From an uncultured Poribacteria bacterium (GTDB taxonomy: Bacteria; Poribacteria; WGA-4E; WGA-3G), in assembly GCA_951813565.1 (NCBI GenBank), contig OX638351.1:3200001-3264000 (forward strand): DNA of 64,000 nt, given 5' to 3'. Of this stretch, positions 20,760 through 32,777 are shown piece by piece (the stretch's first letter is position 1; every line of letters begins with the position of its first letter). A program made the translations under genes and the position numbers. Below the pieces are notes generated by a model. The model saw nothing but the letters and a program-made list of their open reading frames with translations, was not told the DNA's origin and searched no databases.

Positions 20760-21545
20760 ATGGAAGTTATTATTCAACCCTCTCATCATCAACTTGCTGT
20801 AATTGCCTCGGAAATCATTCGGGACGCACTCCTAAAAAAGCTTAACCTCGTGTTGGGTTTAGCGACAGGCAGTACCCCAATAGGGCTTTACAAAGCACTC
20901 GTACGCATGCACAAAGAAGACGGACTCGATTTTTCAAGGGTTACTACCTTTAATTTGGACGAGTACGTTAACATTCCCCGTGAACATCCGCAGAGCTATC
21001 ACACATTCATGGCGAAACACTTTTTTGACCATGTCAATATCTCCGTAGAGAATCAACATATCCCTCAAAATACTGCGGAGAACCATGAAACGTTTTGTGC
21101 AAGGTATGAGGAGGCGATTGAACGTGTTGGCGGTATTGATATTCAAGTACTGGGTATCGGTACGGACGGACATATCGGTTTTAATGAGGTGGGTTCGTCT
21201 CTCGCTTCACGAACCCGCATCGTAACCTTGACGGAAAGCACTCTTGTGGCAAATGCTATCCATTTTGGTGGCGATGTTAGCACGGTGCCAGAAATGGCAA
21301 TTACGATGGGGATTGGTACCATCATGCAAGTAAAGCAGTGCCTGCTTTTAGCATGTGGCACTTCAAAATCGGAAGCAATAGCAAAAGCGATTGAAGGTCC
21401 TATCACAGTTATGATGCCAGCGTCAGCTTTACAGATGCATCCAAATACGGTTGTTTTGATTGATGAAGCGGCGGCATCAAATCTCAAAGAGGTGGAGTAT
21501 TACAAAAGGTCTTATGCAAATAAGTTAAAACTTGAGTCTCAGTAG
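20760..21545 (+). CDS. nagB: glucosamine-6-phosphate deaminase
   Basis: GLATGSTP, FNLDEY, LGIGTDGHIGFNE, ITMGIGTI. Confidence 0.95.
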   Translation: MEVIIQPSHHQLAVIASEIIRDALLKKLNLVLGLATGSTPIGLYKALVRMHKEDGLDFSRVTTFNLDEYVNIPREHPQSYHTFMAKHFFDHVNISVENQHIPQNTAENHETFCARYEEAIERVGGIDIQVLGIGTDGHIGFNEVGSSLASRTRIVTLTESTLVANAIHFGGDVSTVPEMAITMGIGTIMQVKQCLLLACGTSKSEAIAKAIEGPITVMMPASALQMHPNTVVLIDEAAASNLKEVEYYKRSYANKLKLESQ

Positions 21546-21593
21546 AAACCCGATACGTATTCGTGTAAGTGTGATTACAGTGCATTTCAATAA

Positions 21594-23021
21594 TTACTCG
21601 TCACACAGTCCATATTCTTTAGCTTTCCGTTGAATTGTTCGTCGACTGATGTCAAGGATTTTTGCTGCTTTTGCCTTGTTGTTGTCGGTATATTCAAGTG
21701 TAGCTCGTAACACTTCTCGGTTGATTTCTTCCAGCGACATACCGACTTCAACGTTAAGGTGGAGGTTTCCGTTGTCAAAGGAATCTGTTTTATGGAGGGT
21801 TGGTACTGAAGATATAATTGAATTTGTACCTGCTGTGGTCTTCAGGATACGTTCAGGTAAATCCGTCAGTTGTAGAGTCTCTTGTGTAGACATAACGACA
21901 AGTCCTTCAATGCAGTTTTTCAGCTCGCGCACATTTCCGGGCCAGTGATATTTCATCAAAACTCTAACAGATTCTGGCGTAAGTGCTCTTAATGTTTTTC
22001 CGTTTTCTCTACAAAATTCTTCCAGAAAATCGTTGACAAGCAGTGGAATATCTTCAATTCGTTCTTGAAGTGTTGGTAGGTTAATGGAAACGACGTTAAG
22101 TCGGTCATAGAGATCATGTAGGAATTCACCTTTACTGCAAGCATCTTCTAAGTCATGGTTCGTAGCGCAGATAATACGAACGTTAACTTGGATTGTTTTA
22201 TCTCCTCCCACGCGTTCAAATTCTCGTTCTTCAAGCACACGCAGTAGACGTGCTTGGTTAGAAAGACTCAGTTGAGAAACTTCGTCAAGGAAAAGCGTCC
22301 CTCCGTGAGCAAGTTCAAACCGGCCCTTCCTTTGATTATAAGCACCGCTGAAAGCACCGCGCTCGTGCCCGAAAAGTTCGGATTCTGCCAAATTCTCATT
22401 AAGGGTCGCACAGTTAAAGGCGATAAGATTACCTTGTCGTAAACTCCGATGGTGTATGGCGCGTGCGACCAATTCTTTTCCAGTGCCACGAGCACCATAA
22501 ATCATTACGGTCGCCTTTGTCGGGGCAATTTGGGTAATCATTTCACGAATCTGTATGAGTTGTGGCGATTTACCTGTAAGTCTACAAAGACCTTCCTTTT
22601 CGTCAATTTGTGATCGAAGTTGTCGATTTTCAAAAGTGAGTCGTTGATTCTGAAGTGTTTTATGGAGGAGAGCCTTAAGGTGAACTGGATTAAGCGGTTT
22701 GTAGAGAAAATAAGTTCCTTCATGTGCCAGCATCGCCTTGATACCAATATCGGTTTCTAAAACGTTGGGAGCCGTAATAAAAATAATCCCGACATCCGGA
22801 TGGTGACGTGTAGCAGCTTCCAAGAGAGCTAATCCATCAATCCGTTCGGCTTTCAGAGGCGCAATCAAGATGTCCATCGTCAGGTGTTCAATCCGATGAA
22901 AAGCTTGATACATATTACCTGTAACGATTAGATTGAGTCCTTCCCCGTCAAGTGCTTGACAAATAATCTCACGTTGTCGAGGATTGGCATCTACAATCAG
23001 GACGTTTTTTCGGATGTTCAT
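21594..23021 (-). CDS. sigma-54-dependent enhancer-binding protein (NtrC-like) with degenerate receiver domain
   Basis: GTGKE, ESELFGHERGAFSGA, FLDE, WPGNVREL, C-terminal Fis HTH. Confidence 0.92.
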   Translation of the reverse strand: MNIRKNVLIVDANPRQREIICQALDGEGLNLIVTGNMYQAFHRIEHLTMDILIAPLKAERIDGLALLEAATRHHPDVGIIFITAPNVLETDIGIKAMLAHEGTYFLYKPLNPVHLKALLHKTLQNQRLTFENRQLRSQIDEKEGLCRLTGKSPQLIQIREMITQIAPTKATVMIYGARGTGKELVARAIHHRSLRQGNLIAFNCATLNENLAESELFGHERGAFSGAYNQRKGRFELAHGGTLFLDEVSQLSLSNQARLLRVLEEREFERVGGDKTIQVNVRIICATNHDLEDACSKGEFLHDLYDRLNVVSINLPTLQERIEDIPLLVNDFLEEFCRENGKTLRALTPESVRVLMKYHWPGNVRELKNCIEGLVVMSTQETLQLTDLPERILKTTAGTNSIISSVPTLHKTDSFDNGNLHLNVEVGMSLEEINREVLRATLEYTDNNKAKAAKILDISRRTIQRKAKEYGLCDE

Positions 23022-23219
23022 TTGCCACCCTGGCTCTCTTTAGAATTTCAGTATAATTAAATACGTTTGCGTGTACTATTGAAACATGCCTACTGGAAAT
23101 GTTTGTACGTAAACATCGTCTTGATAGATTATACCTGATGTTTCTATCTTTCGTCAACAAGAATGTTGTAATTCCAGAGCTATTCAGTTTTCGTGTTTTT
23201 CTCAACATTTTGGCGCATT

Positions 23220-23649
23220 GGTCGAGACCAGGAGGTTGCTCCTACAAGAAGAAAATCGGGCGGACAAGGTCTCCCTCCCACAAGAGCAAATCCAGCATTT
23301 TTTCTTAAGTTGATACTTATAGGTTTCGCGTTTGCTCTACCTGACCTATAAAATAATGAATATCGTCACATAGAAATGATATTAGAACGTATCTCATAAA
23401 TCATTTGTAGGGCGAGGTCCCGGGGAATGCCATAAGGCATTCGGACCCGGTGAATGACTAAAGACGAATGCGCTTGGTAGAATACGCTTTTGGTATTCTA
23501 CATGATTCGCCATGATTCATACCGTTGATTTCTTGATTTGGTGCCTCGCCATGTCTCATAAATGAAAAATCATGGGCGGGCACAGAGACCCGCCCCTACG
23601 ATGGAGTTGAATTTTCTGGTGGGAACCGTGTTTAACGATTTATGAGATA
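23220..23649. repeat. REP cluster, TIR shell (23390-23649) and 121-bp insert 'D' (23422-23542)
   Basis: Perfect 13-bp TIR TATCTCATAAATC/GATTTATGAGATA; insert sits in loop of GTAG-GGCGAGG/CCTCGCC. Confidence 0.75.
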
Positions 23650-23914
23650 GACTTTACATAATCGAATTATCATATTTTCGGGAATTGTGTGTTTTTCAGA
23701 GTTTTTGTTGACTTAGAAACTACACTTGAGTATACTTATTGACATATAGTGTCTCTATTTTCTTAATCCATTTCAATTGTAAAGACTTTTACAATAAAAC
23801 CAACGATTTATATTTGATATAAATTCAGAGATTATTAACTTGTTAAAAATTATTAGACATATCCGACATACCGAAGATATTTACCAATTTACATAAGGGA
23901 AAAGGGTTATGTAA

Positions 23915-24535
23915 ATGAATGATAATTCAAAAAGTTTGTGTTTTCTCGGTGGTACAAGCGCTGTCCTTAGTGGACTTCTCATGATATTTTTAAGTTATTG
24001 GTTCGCTTTTCGACCTGAGGCAACTCATGATGCTATGCATGGGGTCAGTGTGGTAATGCTTATTTTGGTCGTGCCAACAGTCATTGCTGCTACTGTTCTA
24101 CTCATAAAAGATGCGAAAACAGGCGCTCTTTTAGGGGTGGGGTTCGCAACGCTTTGGATCGTGTTGGAACTGATAGCACACTGTTCTCAAACTGCACCTT
24201 TGAAGACGCTCCATGCATTGATACAGGAAACAGCAACACAAGAGTTTGGAGACAAAATCAATCTGGTATGGCAAGAATGGTCACAAGCACTCACACTTAT
24301 TGGGGCGTTCTTATTCTCTGTGGCTGCATTGTGTTACGGTACATCTCTCCGTGCGTGGGGAAATCCTGCTTCTGCGTATCTGCTGATATTGTCTGCAATC
24401 GTTTTCGCGATTACTTTCATACCAGGCGTAAGTTTCTATTGGCACATTTTGATCCGAGGCATTGCCTTTATATTTTTTGGCGGTGTTCTTGTGCAGGCAA
24501 GCCGTGAGGCGGTTGATGAGGAATGGAAAGCATAA
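23915..24535 (+). CDS. integral membrane protein (about 6 TM)
   Basis: 206-aa ORF with repeated hydrophobic segments. Confidence 0.75.
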   Translation: MNDNSKSLCFLGGTSAVLSGLLMIFLSYWFAFRPEATHDAMHGVSVVMLILVVPTVIAATVLLIKDAKTGALLGVGFATLWIVLELIAHCSQTAPLKTLHALIQETATQEFGDKINLVWQEWSQALTLIGAFLFSVAALCYGTSLRAWGNPASAYLLILSAIVFAITFIPGVSFYWHILIRGIAFIFFGGVLVQASREAVDEEWKA

Positions 24536-24647
24536 TCTCTGCCCAGTAAAAGCAGACCGTTGACACTGTAGACACAGATTGAACTGATAAAATAAAAAAA
24601 GATGAAACACGTATTATTGACTGTTCATTTAACTGATACGTGTGCAA

Positions 24648-25451
24648 TTATTCTCTTTCTATTTCCGGTGAATCTACTTCATTCAATAACTGTTCTAATT
24701 CGGTCAAGAGATCTGTGTCATCCTCTTCACTCGTCTCATTACCACTGTTGTCACCATCTTCTGTGCCGAGAGCCTCTAAATCGGATCGGAATTCAATGAG
24801 GTTGCTAAGGTAACGTTCACGCGTAATATTTTCTGCTTCACCATGTTCCTCGCGTAAACATTCTCCACAAAATTCACCAATCTGTTGAATTCCAATGTCA
24901 ATTTGCTGTAAAGCTGTGTCAGGATCATCCTCTTGCAGGCTTAATTCCGCTTTAGCAATGCTGTTCATCATAATCATATACCCTTTATATTGGTAACTTT
25001 GCCAAGCAATTTCGGAGGGTGCATATTCGCGAGCCAAATTAGTTACAGATAAATTCATATCCGTATCGCGTTTCACATCTTCCCATCGTTTAATACCTGC
25101 GAATAGAAGATATCGAGTATAGCGATGGAAAGATTCCTCAAACAACGTTTGCCACTCCTCTTCTGTTAATTCAAAACCTTCCCGTGTTCCGTTTTCTTCT
25201 TCATACTTTTCTAATTTCCCAGTAAAATAATCGTAGTATGAATCCATTCCGTGAGGACGTGAACCATCGGGACGCCCCGTAGCATAGATACGTGAAACTG
25301 TGAAAGCGTTCGGTTGTACGACAACCACTTCTCTACCGTCTTCAATTGTCAGAATCCTGATTGGATGATCTTCGTCAAGGTTAAGGACTTGGAGAAGTCT
25401 ATCAAGCGCTTGAACCCACCGTGTATTTCTTTGTGTCGAATCGTTTGCCAT
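24648..25451 (-). CDS. conserved hypothetical protein (GRPDG motif, acidic tail)
   Basis: 267 aa starting 3 nt after carB stop; DGREV, GRPDG.RPHG. Confidence 0.75.
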   Translation of the reverse strand: MANDSTQRNTRWVQALDRLLQVLNLDEDHPIRILTIEDGREVVVVQPNAFTVSRIYATGRPDGSRPHGMDSYYDYFTGKLEKYEEENGTREGFELTEEEWQTLFEESFHRYTRYLLFAGIKRWEDVKRDTDMNLSVTNLAREYAPSEIAWQSYQYKGYMIMMNSIAKAELSLQEDDPDTALQQIDIGIQQIGEFCGECLREEHGEAENITRERYLSNLIEFRSDLEALGTEDGDNSGNETSEEDDTDLLTELEQLLNEVDSPEIERE

Positions 25452-25454
25452 TTT

Positions 25455-28400
25455 TTACCTTAATTCCGATTTATGATAATCTTGGAGTGGTGAAACTGAA
25501 ATATCTCCGCGTTGTAGCGCGTCAATGGCGTTTACAGCAGCGGCTGCACCTGGAATAGTTGAGAAGATCGGAATATCATGTTCTATCGCCATCTGGCGGA
25601 TAAGTAGTTCATTGGTTCGGTGCAAATCGCCTGTTGGTGTATTGATAATCAAGTCAACTGCATGGTTTTTAATATAGTCATGAATTGTCGGCCTACCTTT
25701 GCCGATGCTATACACGAGTTGAACGTCCATTCCGTTACGGAGCAATACTTTCGCTGTACCGTGTGTGGCAATGAGTTCAAATCCCATATCTGTGAGTTTC
25801 TTTGCTATAAAGATCACAGCGCGTTTGTCCTTGTTTCTCACACTGATAAAAGCATTACCTTTCAGAGGCAATGTATATCCACAAGCTTTTTGTGCCTTCG
25901 CAAAAGCGCGGGAAACATCGCTATCAATTCCCATGACCTCCCCTGTTGATTTCATTTCGGGACCAAGTCGAGAGTTTGCGCCGGGAAATCGATTGAATGG
26001 AAAAACAGGTGCCTTCACGCTAAAATACGGAGGTTCAATTTCGCGCGTAAATCCGAGTTCATGCAGTGTTTTTCCTGCCATCACGCGCGCAGCTAACTTT
26101 GCCAGCGGAACACCGATGGCTTTACTCACAAACGGTATAGTTCTGGAAGCGCGCGGATTCACCTCAAGCACAAAAATTTCATCGTTCTTAATCGCATACT
26201 GTACGTTCATTAATCCACGTACGTTTAGTGCTTTTGCAAGTGCGTAGGTATACTCCTTGAGTTGATCAATTTGTTCGTCAACCAATGTATACGGAGGAAG
26301 GACACAGTCGCTGTCCCCTGAATGAACTCCTGCCTCTTCAATATGTTCCATGATACCACCGATAACAGTTAAGTTTCCATCAGAAATTGCATCTACATCT
26401 ACCTCAATTGCTTCTTCAAGATATTTGTCAATAAGCACAGGGTGCTCAGGTGAGGCTTGTACAGCAGATTCCATATATTCCTGTAGGAGTTTTTCATCGT
26501 AAACAATTTGCATAGCACGCCCACCCAGAACAAATGACGGACGGACAATTACAGGATATCCAAGCGATGCGGCGATAGGCGCTGCTTCCTCACTTGAGGT
26601 TGCAGTGCCGTTAGGTGGTTGCATTAATCTGATTTCGTCTAACACCTCTTTGAAAAGTTGACGATTTTCAGAACGAGCGATGTCTTCAGGACTTGTGCCG
26701 ATTATCGGAACGCCTGCATCTTTAAGCACCATTGCAAGATTCAGTGGTGTTTGCCCGCCGAATTGCACGATGACCCCGATAGGTTTCTCTTTGTCGTAAA
26801 TATTCAAAACATCTTCGCAAGTCAAAGGTTCAAAGTAGAGACGATCAGAGGTATCGTAATCTGTGCTTACCGTTTCGGGATTGCTGTTCACCATGATAGT
26901 TTCATAACCATCTGCTTTGAGTGCCATTGCAGCATGCACGCAACAATAGTCAAATTCTATACCTTGCCCGATACGGTTAGGTCCGCCGCCTAAAATCATG
27001 ATTTTTTCTTTATCTGTGGGACGTACTTCGTCTTCACTGGAACAGGTTGAATAATAGTAAGGTGTTTCTGCTTCAAACTCTGCTGCACAGGTATCAACAG
27101 TTTTGAACGTTGCTTCAATTCCAAGTGTTTTTCGTGTTTTTCGCATTTGGGTCTCTGACACATCATAGATTTCAGCGAGCTGCCGATCCGAAAAACCGAA
27201 CTGTTTTGCTTGACGTAGGAGAGATACTGCCTCTGCATCTGACTTTCCGTTTTCTACAAAGGGTCGTGTCTGCGGTGACGAAAGATATTTTTCAAAGTCA
27301 ACAATTTCTTGGAGATTGTAGAGGAAAAACGGATCAATATGTGTATAGGAATAGATGTCTTCAATAGTCATCCCACGCTTGAGGGCAGACTTGATGTAAA
27401 AGATACGTTCAACATTTGGGATCGTCAATTTACTTGATAGTTCTGAGAGTGGTAGTTCTTCAAGTGGATGATTGTCAAATCCTGACCAACCAGTTTCTAA
27501 AGATCGCAAGCCTTTCTGAAGTGCTTCCTTGAAAGTGCCACCAATGGACATCGCTTCACCGACAGATTTCATCTGCGTTGTCAATGTTTCATCGGTGCCT
27601 TGAAACTTTTCAAATGCCCATCTCGGAATTTTGACGACAACGTAGTCAATGGTCGGTTCGAAACATGCAGGTGTTTCTGCGGTGATGTCGTTCGGGATTT
27701 CATCTAAATTATACCCGACAGCTAACTTCGCGGCAATTTTGGCAATTGGGAAACCTGTTGCTTTTGAGGCAAGTGCGGAACTACGGGAAACACGCGGGTT
27801 CATTTCAATCACAACCTGTTCACCAGTCTTTGGATCAACAGCAAATTGAATATTGGAACCACCTGTATCCACACCGATTTCTCGGATGATTTTAATCGCT
27901 GAATCCCGCATCTCCTGATACTCTTTATCGGTTAATGTTTGGATCGGCGCAACGGTGATACTATCTCCAGTATGAACACCCATCGGATCGACATTTTCAA
28001 TGGAGCAGATGATAACAACGTTGTCCGCGCCATCCCGCATCACTTCTAATTCAAATTCCTTCCAACCGATGATAGATTCTTCAATGAGCAATTCGTTGAT
28101 TGGACTTAAGGCAAGACCTGTGGCGACCATTTTCTGATACTCTTCTATGTTGTAAGCGATGCCACCACCTGTGCCACCGAGTGTAAATGCAGGACGGATA
28201 ATTGCAGGAAAACCGATCTCGTCAATCAACGCTATTGCTTCCTGCGTAGAGTGTGCTATACCGCTCTTAGGAACAGCTAAACCGATTTTTTCCATCGCCT
28301 GTTTGAACAGCGCACGGTCTTCTGCTTTCTGAATAGCAGGTAATTTTGCACCAATCAGTTCTACGTCGTATTTTTCCAGAACACCTGATTCAGCAAGTGC

Positions 28401-28700
28401 CACCGAGACGTTCAATGCTGTTTGTCCACCTAATGTTGGTAACAAGGCGTGCGGACGTTCCTTCTCTATTATGAGTTCTACCGTGTCTGCTGTAATCGGT
28501 TCAACGTAGGTGCGGTCGGCGAAATCCGGGTCGGTCATAATTGTTGCTGGATTACTATTGACCAGAACAATCTGATAGCCCTCTTCTTTGAGCGCTTTGC
28601 ATGCCTGCGTTCCGGAGTAATCGAATTCACATGCTTGACCGATGATGATCGCGCCGGAACCTATAATTAAGATCTTTTCTATATCTGTTCGCTTTGGCAT
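25455..28700 (-). CDS. carB: carbamoyl-phosphate synthase large subunit
   Basis: [17 protein letters not shown], duplicated ATP-grasp, MGS domain. Confidence 0.99.
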   Translation of the reverse strand: MPKRTDIEKILIIGSGAIIIGQACEFDYSGTQACKALKEEGYQIVLVNSNPATIMTDPDFADRTYVEPITADTVELIIEKERPHALLPTLGGQTALNVSVALAESGVLEKYDVELIGAKLPAIQKAEDRALFKQAMEKIGLAVPKSGIAHSTQEAIALIDEIGFPAIIRPAFTLGGTGGGIAYNIEEYQKMVATGLALSPINELLIEESIIGWKEFELEVMRDGADNVVIICSIENVDPMGVHTGDSITVAPIQTLTDKEYQEMRDSAIKIIREIGVDTGGSNIQFAVDPKTGEQVVIEMNPRVSRSSALASKATGFPIAKIAAKLAVGYNLDEIPNDITAETPACFEPTIDYVVVKIPRWAFEKFQGTDETLTTQMKSVGEAMSIGGTFKEALQKGLRSLETGWSGFDNHPLEELPLSELSSKLTIPNVERIFYIKSALKRGMTIEDIYSYTHIDPFFLYNLQEIVDFEKYLSSPQTRPFVENGKSDAEAVSLLRQAKQFGFSDRQLAEIYDVSETQMRKTRKTLGIEATFKTVDTCAAEFEAETPYYYSTCSSEDEVRPTDKEKIMILGGGPNRIGQGIEFDYCCVHAAMALKADGYETIMVNSNPETVSTDYDTSDRLYFEPLTCEDVLNIYDKEKPIGVIVQFGGQTPLNLAMVLKDAGVPIIGTSPEDIARSENRQLFKEVLDEIRLMQPPNGTATSSEEAAPIAASLGYPVIVRPSFVLGGRAMQIVYDEKLLQEYMESAVQASPEHPVLIDKYLEEAIEVDVDAISDGNLTVIGGIMEHIEEAGVHSGDSDCVLPPYTLVDEQIDQLKEYTYALAKALNVRGLMNVQYAIKNDEIFVLEVNPRASRTIPFVSKAIGVPLAKLAARVMAGKTLHELGFTREIEPPYFSVKAPVFPFNRFPGANSRLGPEMKSTGEVMGIDSDVSRAFAKAQKACGYTLPLKGNAFISVRNKDKRAVIFIAKKLTDMGFELIATHGTAKVLLRNGMDVQLVYSIGKGRPTIHDYIKNHAVDLIINTPTGDLHRTNELLIRQMAIEHDIPIFSTIPGAAAAVNAIDALQRGDISVSPLQDYHKSELR

Positions 28701-28756
28701 TTTCTTATGGTAATTGGTTATTGAAAAGGTTTAAATGCGTATTAAAAATATCTTTT

Positions 28757-29893
28757 TTAATATTTTGCCATCATCTGTGTAAATTGTGAAAACAGGTAAC
28801 TTGCATCATGTGGACCGGGTGATGCTTCTGGATGATACTGTACAGAAAAAGCGGGATACTCTCTATGTTGTATCCCTTCAAGTGTGTTGTCATTTAAGTT
28901 GATGTGGGTTATATCTACGGTATTGGGAAGTGAATCTATATCAACGCAAAACCCGTGATTTTGGGAAGTTATCTCAACCTGATCAGTTTCCAGATATTTT
29001 ACAGGTTGATTTGCCCCCCGATGCCCAAACTTTAGTTTATAGGTTTTGCCACCGAGAGCCAGTCCCAAAAGTTGGTGTCCCAAACAGATGCCGAAAATCG
29101 GTTTTTTACCCAGCAATTCCTGTATCGTTTTTATCGCATAATCAAGCGGCATCGGATCTCCAGGGCCATTTGAGAGGAACACGCCATCAGGTTCCGCAGC
29201 GAGAATTTCTTCTGCAGTTGTTTTCGCAGGCACAACTTGGACTTCACAACCATGTTCTGTCAGCTGTCGTAAAATGTTGTATTTGATGCCGAAATCCATC
29301 GCAACCACACGGAATTTTCCATTTTCTGATAGATTTGAATCTCCTGATTGTAGCCCATTAGAACTTGATGGATGTTGATTCCACGCATACGGGTTCGGAC
29401 AGGTGACGCGTTGCACCATATCCCACCCTACTAAACCGTGCCATGCTTGTGCTTTTTCTATGAGGCTTGCTGCGTCAAGATTTCCATCGGCATCTTCTGT
29501 AGCGAGACAACCGTTCATTACACCGTGAACACGGAGACGGCGGGTTAGCGCACGCGTATCAATATTTTGAATTCCGATGATCTCGTTTTCGGCTAAGTAG
29601 GTGTCCAAACTCCATTTTGAACGCCAATTGCTATGATATGCGCTGTATTCACGCACTACGAATCCTTCTACTTGTGGACCGATAGATTCAATATCCGCTT
29701 CGTTACAACCGTAATTGCCAATTAACGGATAGGTCATGGTGACAATCTGCCCTTTATAGGACGGATCTGTTAGGACTTCCTGATACCCTGTCATACTTGT
29801 ATTGAAGACAACTTCCCCAACAGTTTCACCTGTCGCGCCAAACTGCTGTCCTTCAAAAACGGTTCCGTCCGCTAATGTGAGAATTGCTTTCAT
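28757..29893 (-). CDS. carA: carbamoyl-phosphate synthase small subunit
   Basis: GEVVFNTSMTGYQE, SNGPGDP, GICLGHQ, QYHPE. Confidence 0.99.
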   Translation of the reverse strand: MKAILTLADGTVFEGQQFGATGETVGEVVFNTSMTGYQEVLTDPSYKGQIVTMTYPLIGNYGCNEADIESIGPQVEGFVVREYSAYHSNWRSKWSLDTYLAENEIIGIQNIDTRALTRRLRVHGVMNGCLATEDADGNLDAASLIEKAQAWHGLVGWDMVQRVTCPNPYAWNQHPSSSNGLQSGDSNLSENGKFRVVAMDFGIKYNILRQLTEHGCEVQVVPAKTTAEEILAAEPDGVFLSNGPGDPMPLDYAIKTIQELLGKKPIFGICLGHQLLGLALGGKTYKLKFGHRGANQPVKYLETDQVEITSQNHGFCVDIDSLPNTVDITHINLNDNTLEGIQHREYPAFSVQYHPEASPGPHDASYLFSQFTQMMAKY

Positions 29894-29915
29894 ATTTTCC
29901 TCTTTATTGGAATGT

Positions 29916-31202
29916 TTAGCTCTGAATTCCCTCTCGGATTGTCATCACTGACCATCCCTTAAGCTGCCAATCAGCAAAAGGTGTGTTTCGGCTTTTTGAA
30001 CACGATTTTTCTATGTCAACCTTTGCCACTTTTTGTGTATCAATTAGTGTGACATCTGCCACCGCACCGATAGAGAGTGTCCCACGATCTATTCCGACTA
30101 TTTCTGCTGGAATACATGTTAACTTTGCGATCGCATCTTTCAGTGTTAGATGTCCAGCATCAACCAAATATGTTAGTACAAGTGGCATACATGTCTCAAG
30201 TCCAATAATTCCGTTAGGCGCATCTTTCATTCCGAGTGCTTTTTCTTTTGGCGTATGTGGCGCGTGGTCAGTAGCGATTGCATCTATTGTGCCATCACGC
30301 AAGCCTTCAAGCACAGCGTCAATATCCTTTTGTGTCCGAAGCGGTGGATGCATTTTAGCGTTAGTTCCCTGTTTTTCAATCTCCGTATCAGTCAGAATCC
30401 AATGATGGGGGCACGCTTCTGCTGTAACGTTGACGCCTCGCTGTTTACCCCATCGCACTAATTCGACTGCTCCTGCCGTACTGACGTGTAAAATATGCAC
30501 ATGTCCGCCTGTTAATTCCGCGAGCATGATGTCGCGCGCTACGATAATATCCTCCGCTGCATTCGGGCTGCCCACGAGATTTAGTTTTCTTGATGTCTCA
30601 CCGAGATTCATCACTGCATCAGCATTCAAATTGTGCTCTTCACAGTGAACCATCACCGGAAAACCGAGTTCTGCACTTAACATTAATGCTTCATACATCA
30701 GTGCAGAATTCATGACGGTAACACCATCATCACTGACACCGACTGCTCCAGCAGAGAGCATGCCACGGATATCGGTTAGTTCTTCACCAGCAAGGTTTTT
30801 TGTTATACTACCCACCGGAAAAACGTTTGCTGTAGGAGATGTCTGTTGCTCCGAATTTCGATTTGCGATGTCATAAATGTGCTTAATCTTTTCAGGAGAA
30901 TCTGTTACCGGTGACGTGTTTGCCATGCAAACAACGGAGGTAAACCCGCCCGATGTTGCCGCTGCTGTCCCCGTGGTAATCGTCTCTTTATGCTCAAATC
31001 CGGGTTCACGCAGATGAACGTGCATGTCAATTAAACCGGGCGTAACGGTCAAGTCAGTTGCGTCAACAATGTTGTTGGCATCCGCCGCCAAATTTCTACC
31101 GACCTTAGCGATTTTACCATCAACGATAAGAATGTCGCCAACTTCATCAACGTTATTCGCCGGATCAATGATATGTCCATTGCCGATAAGCACACTCTCC
31201 AT
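29916..31202 (-). CDS. pyrC: dihydroorotase (type I)
   Basis: DMHVHLREPG, HCEE, HVST, ATDHAPH. Confidence 0.95.
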   Translation of the reverse strand: MESVLIGNGHIIDPANNVDEVGDILIVDGKIAKVGRNLAADANNIVDATDLTVTPGLIDMHVHLREPGFEHKETITTGTAAATSGGFTSVVCMANTSPVTDSPEKIKHIYDIANRNSEQQTSPTANVFPVGSITKNLAGEELTDIRGMLSAGAVGVSDDGVTVMNSALMYEALMLSAELGFPVMVHCEEHNLNADAVMNLGETSRKLNLVGSPNAAEDIIVARDIMLAELTGGHVHILHVSTAGAVELVRWGKQRGVNVTAEACPHHWILTDTEIEKQGTNAKMHPPLRTQKDIDAVLEGLRDGTIDAIATDHAPHTPKEKALGMKDAPNGIIGLETCMPLVLTYLVDAGHLTLKDAIAKLTCIPAEIVGIDRGTLSIGAVADVTLIDTQKVAKVDIEKSCSKSRNTPFADWQLKGWSVMTIREGIQS

Positions 31203-31228
31203 CTTTTTGTGGTTTTACCTCCTACCCG

Positions 31229-31813
<585 letters not shown>

Positions 31814-31840
31814 TTACATCAAGGGTGTTATTTTGACCAT

Positions 31841-31871
31841 AAAAAAACCTCCTCACTAAAGAGTGAGAAGG
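31841..31871 (-). terminator. attenuator terminator in pyrR leader
   Basis: Minus strand CCTTCTCACT-CTTT-AGTGAGGAGG-TTTTTTT upstream of pyrR. Confidence 0.8.
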
Positions 31872-32018
31872 GTGCAATTTAATATTTCTCTTTTACAGAT
31901 GGGATGTTTTAAAAGTAAAACCAATTTTGCAAGATTAGCAGGTATTTTTTGCTTCAATATGATTTTCTGTTGCGCAAAACATGTTTTTTGAAAACAGTCT
32001 GCCGAAGTGTAACACAAC

Positions 32019-32056
32019 ATCCTTTTTCCACCTCTCCGGATGGGATTAAAAAGGTT
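32019..32056 (-). promoter_or_regulatory. PyrR-binding RNA loop
   Basis: Minus strand AACCTTTTTAATCCCATCCGGAGAGGTGGAAAAAGGAT resembles the CUUUAA..ARUCCNGNGAGGYU consensus. Confidence 0.8.
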
Positions 32057-32155
32057 TTCTGAACATAAACATCTTAATTCCTAACGTAAATTGTATCATG
32101 GTAATGCCAAAATTGCAAATTTATTAATTTCTAAAATCTGTTATTTCAAAATTAT

Positions 32156-32761
32156 TTATGCCTTTTGTTTTACCATACTTGAGAGGATACCGAGAATTTT
32201 ATCGCACTGTCCAATTGAATAGAGTGATCTATCAATATGAAGGCGTTGTCCCTCTAATTTGAGGAACCGCCAATCTGTTCCAGAGGTTGTAGCTCCATAG
32301 ACGCAAGGAATGTTATTTCCTTTTTCAGTATTAAATCGTTGTGCGGCTAGCATTTCGGCTGCACACTGTCCGAAACCGAGTGTCAAATTATCTTTCTTTG
32401 CCTCAACAAGAATGATAATAGGTGCCCTTAAAAAAGAGAGGATAGGAGACAGACTTACGAGAAAATCGCATACACCGCTCAATCCTTTATCGTCATCAAC
32501 GTTAAAATCAATACCAGAAAAAAAACTTATACTACGATCAAATTGCTCTCGGAGTTCAAACAAGACATCAGTTACAATAAGTTCTGACCGAGCTTTCTCT
32601 GTACCTATAGAAATAGCTAACTGCACCTTTTCCTCTAACTCATCTATGAAACGCTCACGTGGCACAACTGTTTCTGTTTTAGAAAAAACACCGGCGGATT
32701 CAACGATTTCAAGTTGAAACTCCGAGCGTACTGTGTCTAAGGTGAAATTGCTATACGCCAT
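32156..32761 (-). CDS. PD-(D/E)XK nuclease-like protein, paralog 1 of 5 (201 aa)
   Basis: EKARSE, G.CDF, LVEAKK, GQC.AEM.AA. Confidence 0.75.
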   Translation of the reverse strand: MAYSNFTLDTVRSEFQLEIVESAGVFSKTETVVPRERFIDELEEKVQLAISIGTEKARSELIVTDVLFELREQFDRSISFFSGIDFNVDDDKGLSGVCDFLVSLSPILSFLRAPIIILVEAKKDNLTLGFGQCAAEMLAAQRFNTEKGNNIPCVYGATTSGTDWRFLKLEGQRLHIDRSLYSIGQCDKILGILSSMVKQKA

Positions 32762-32777
32762 GTCGTAGAACTTCCTG

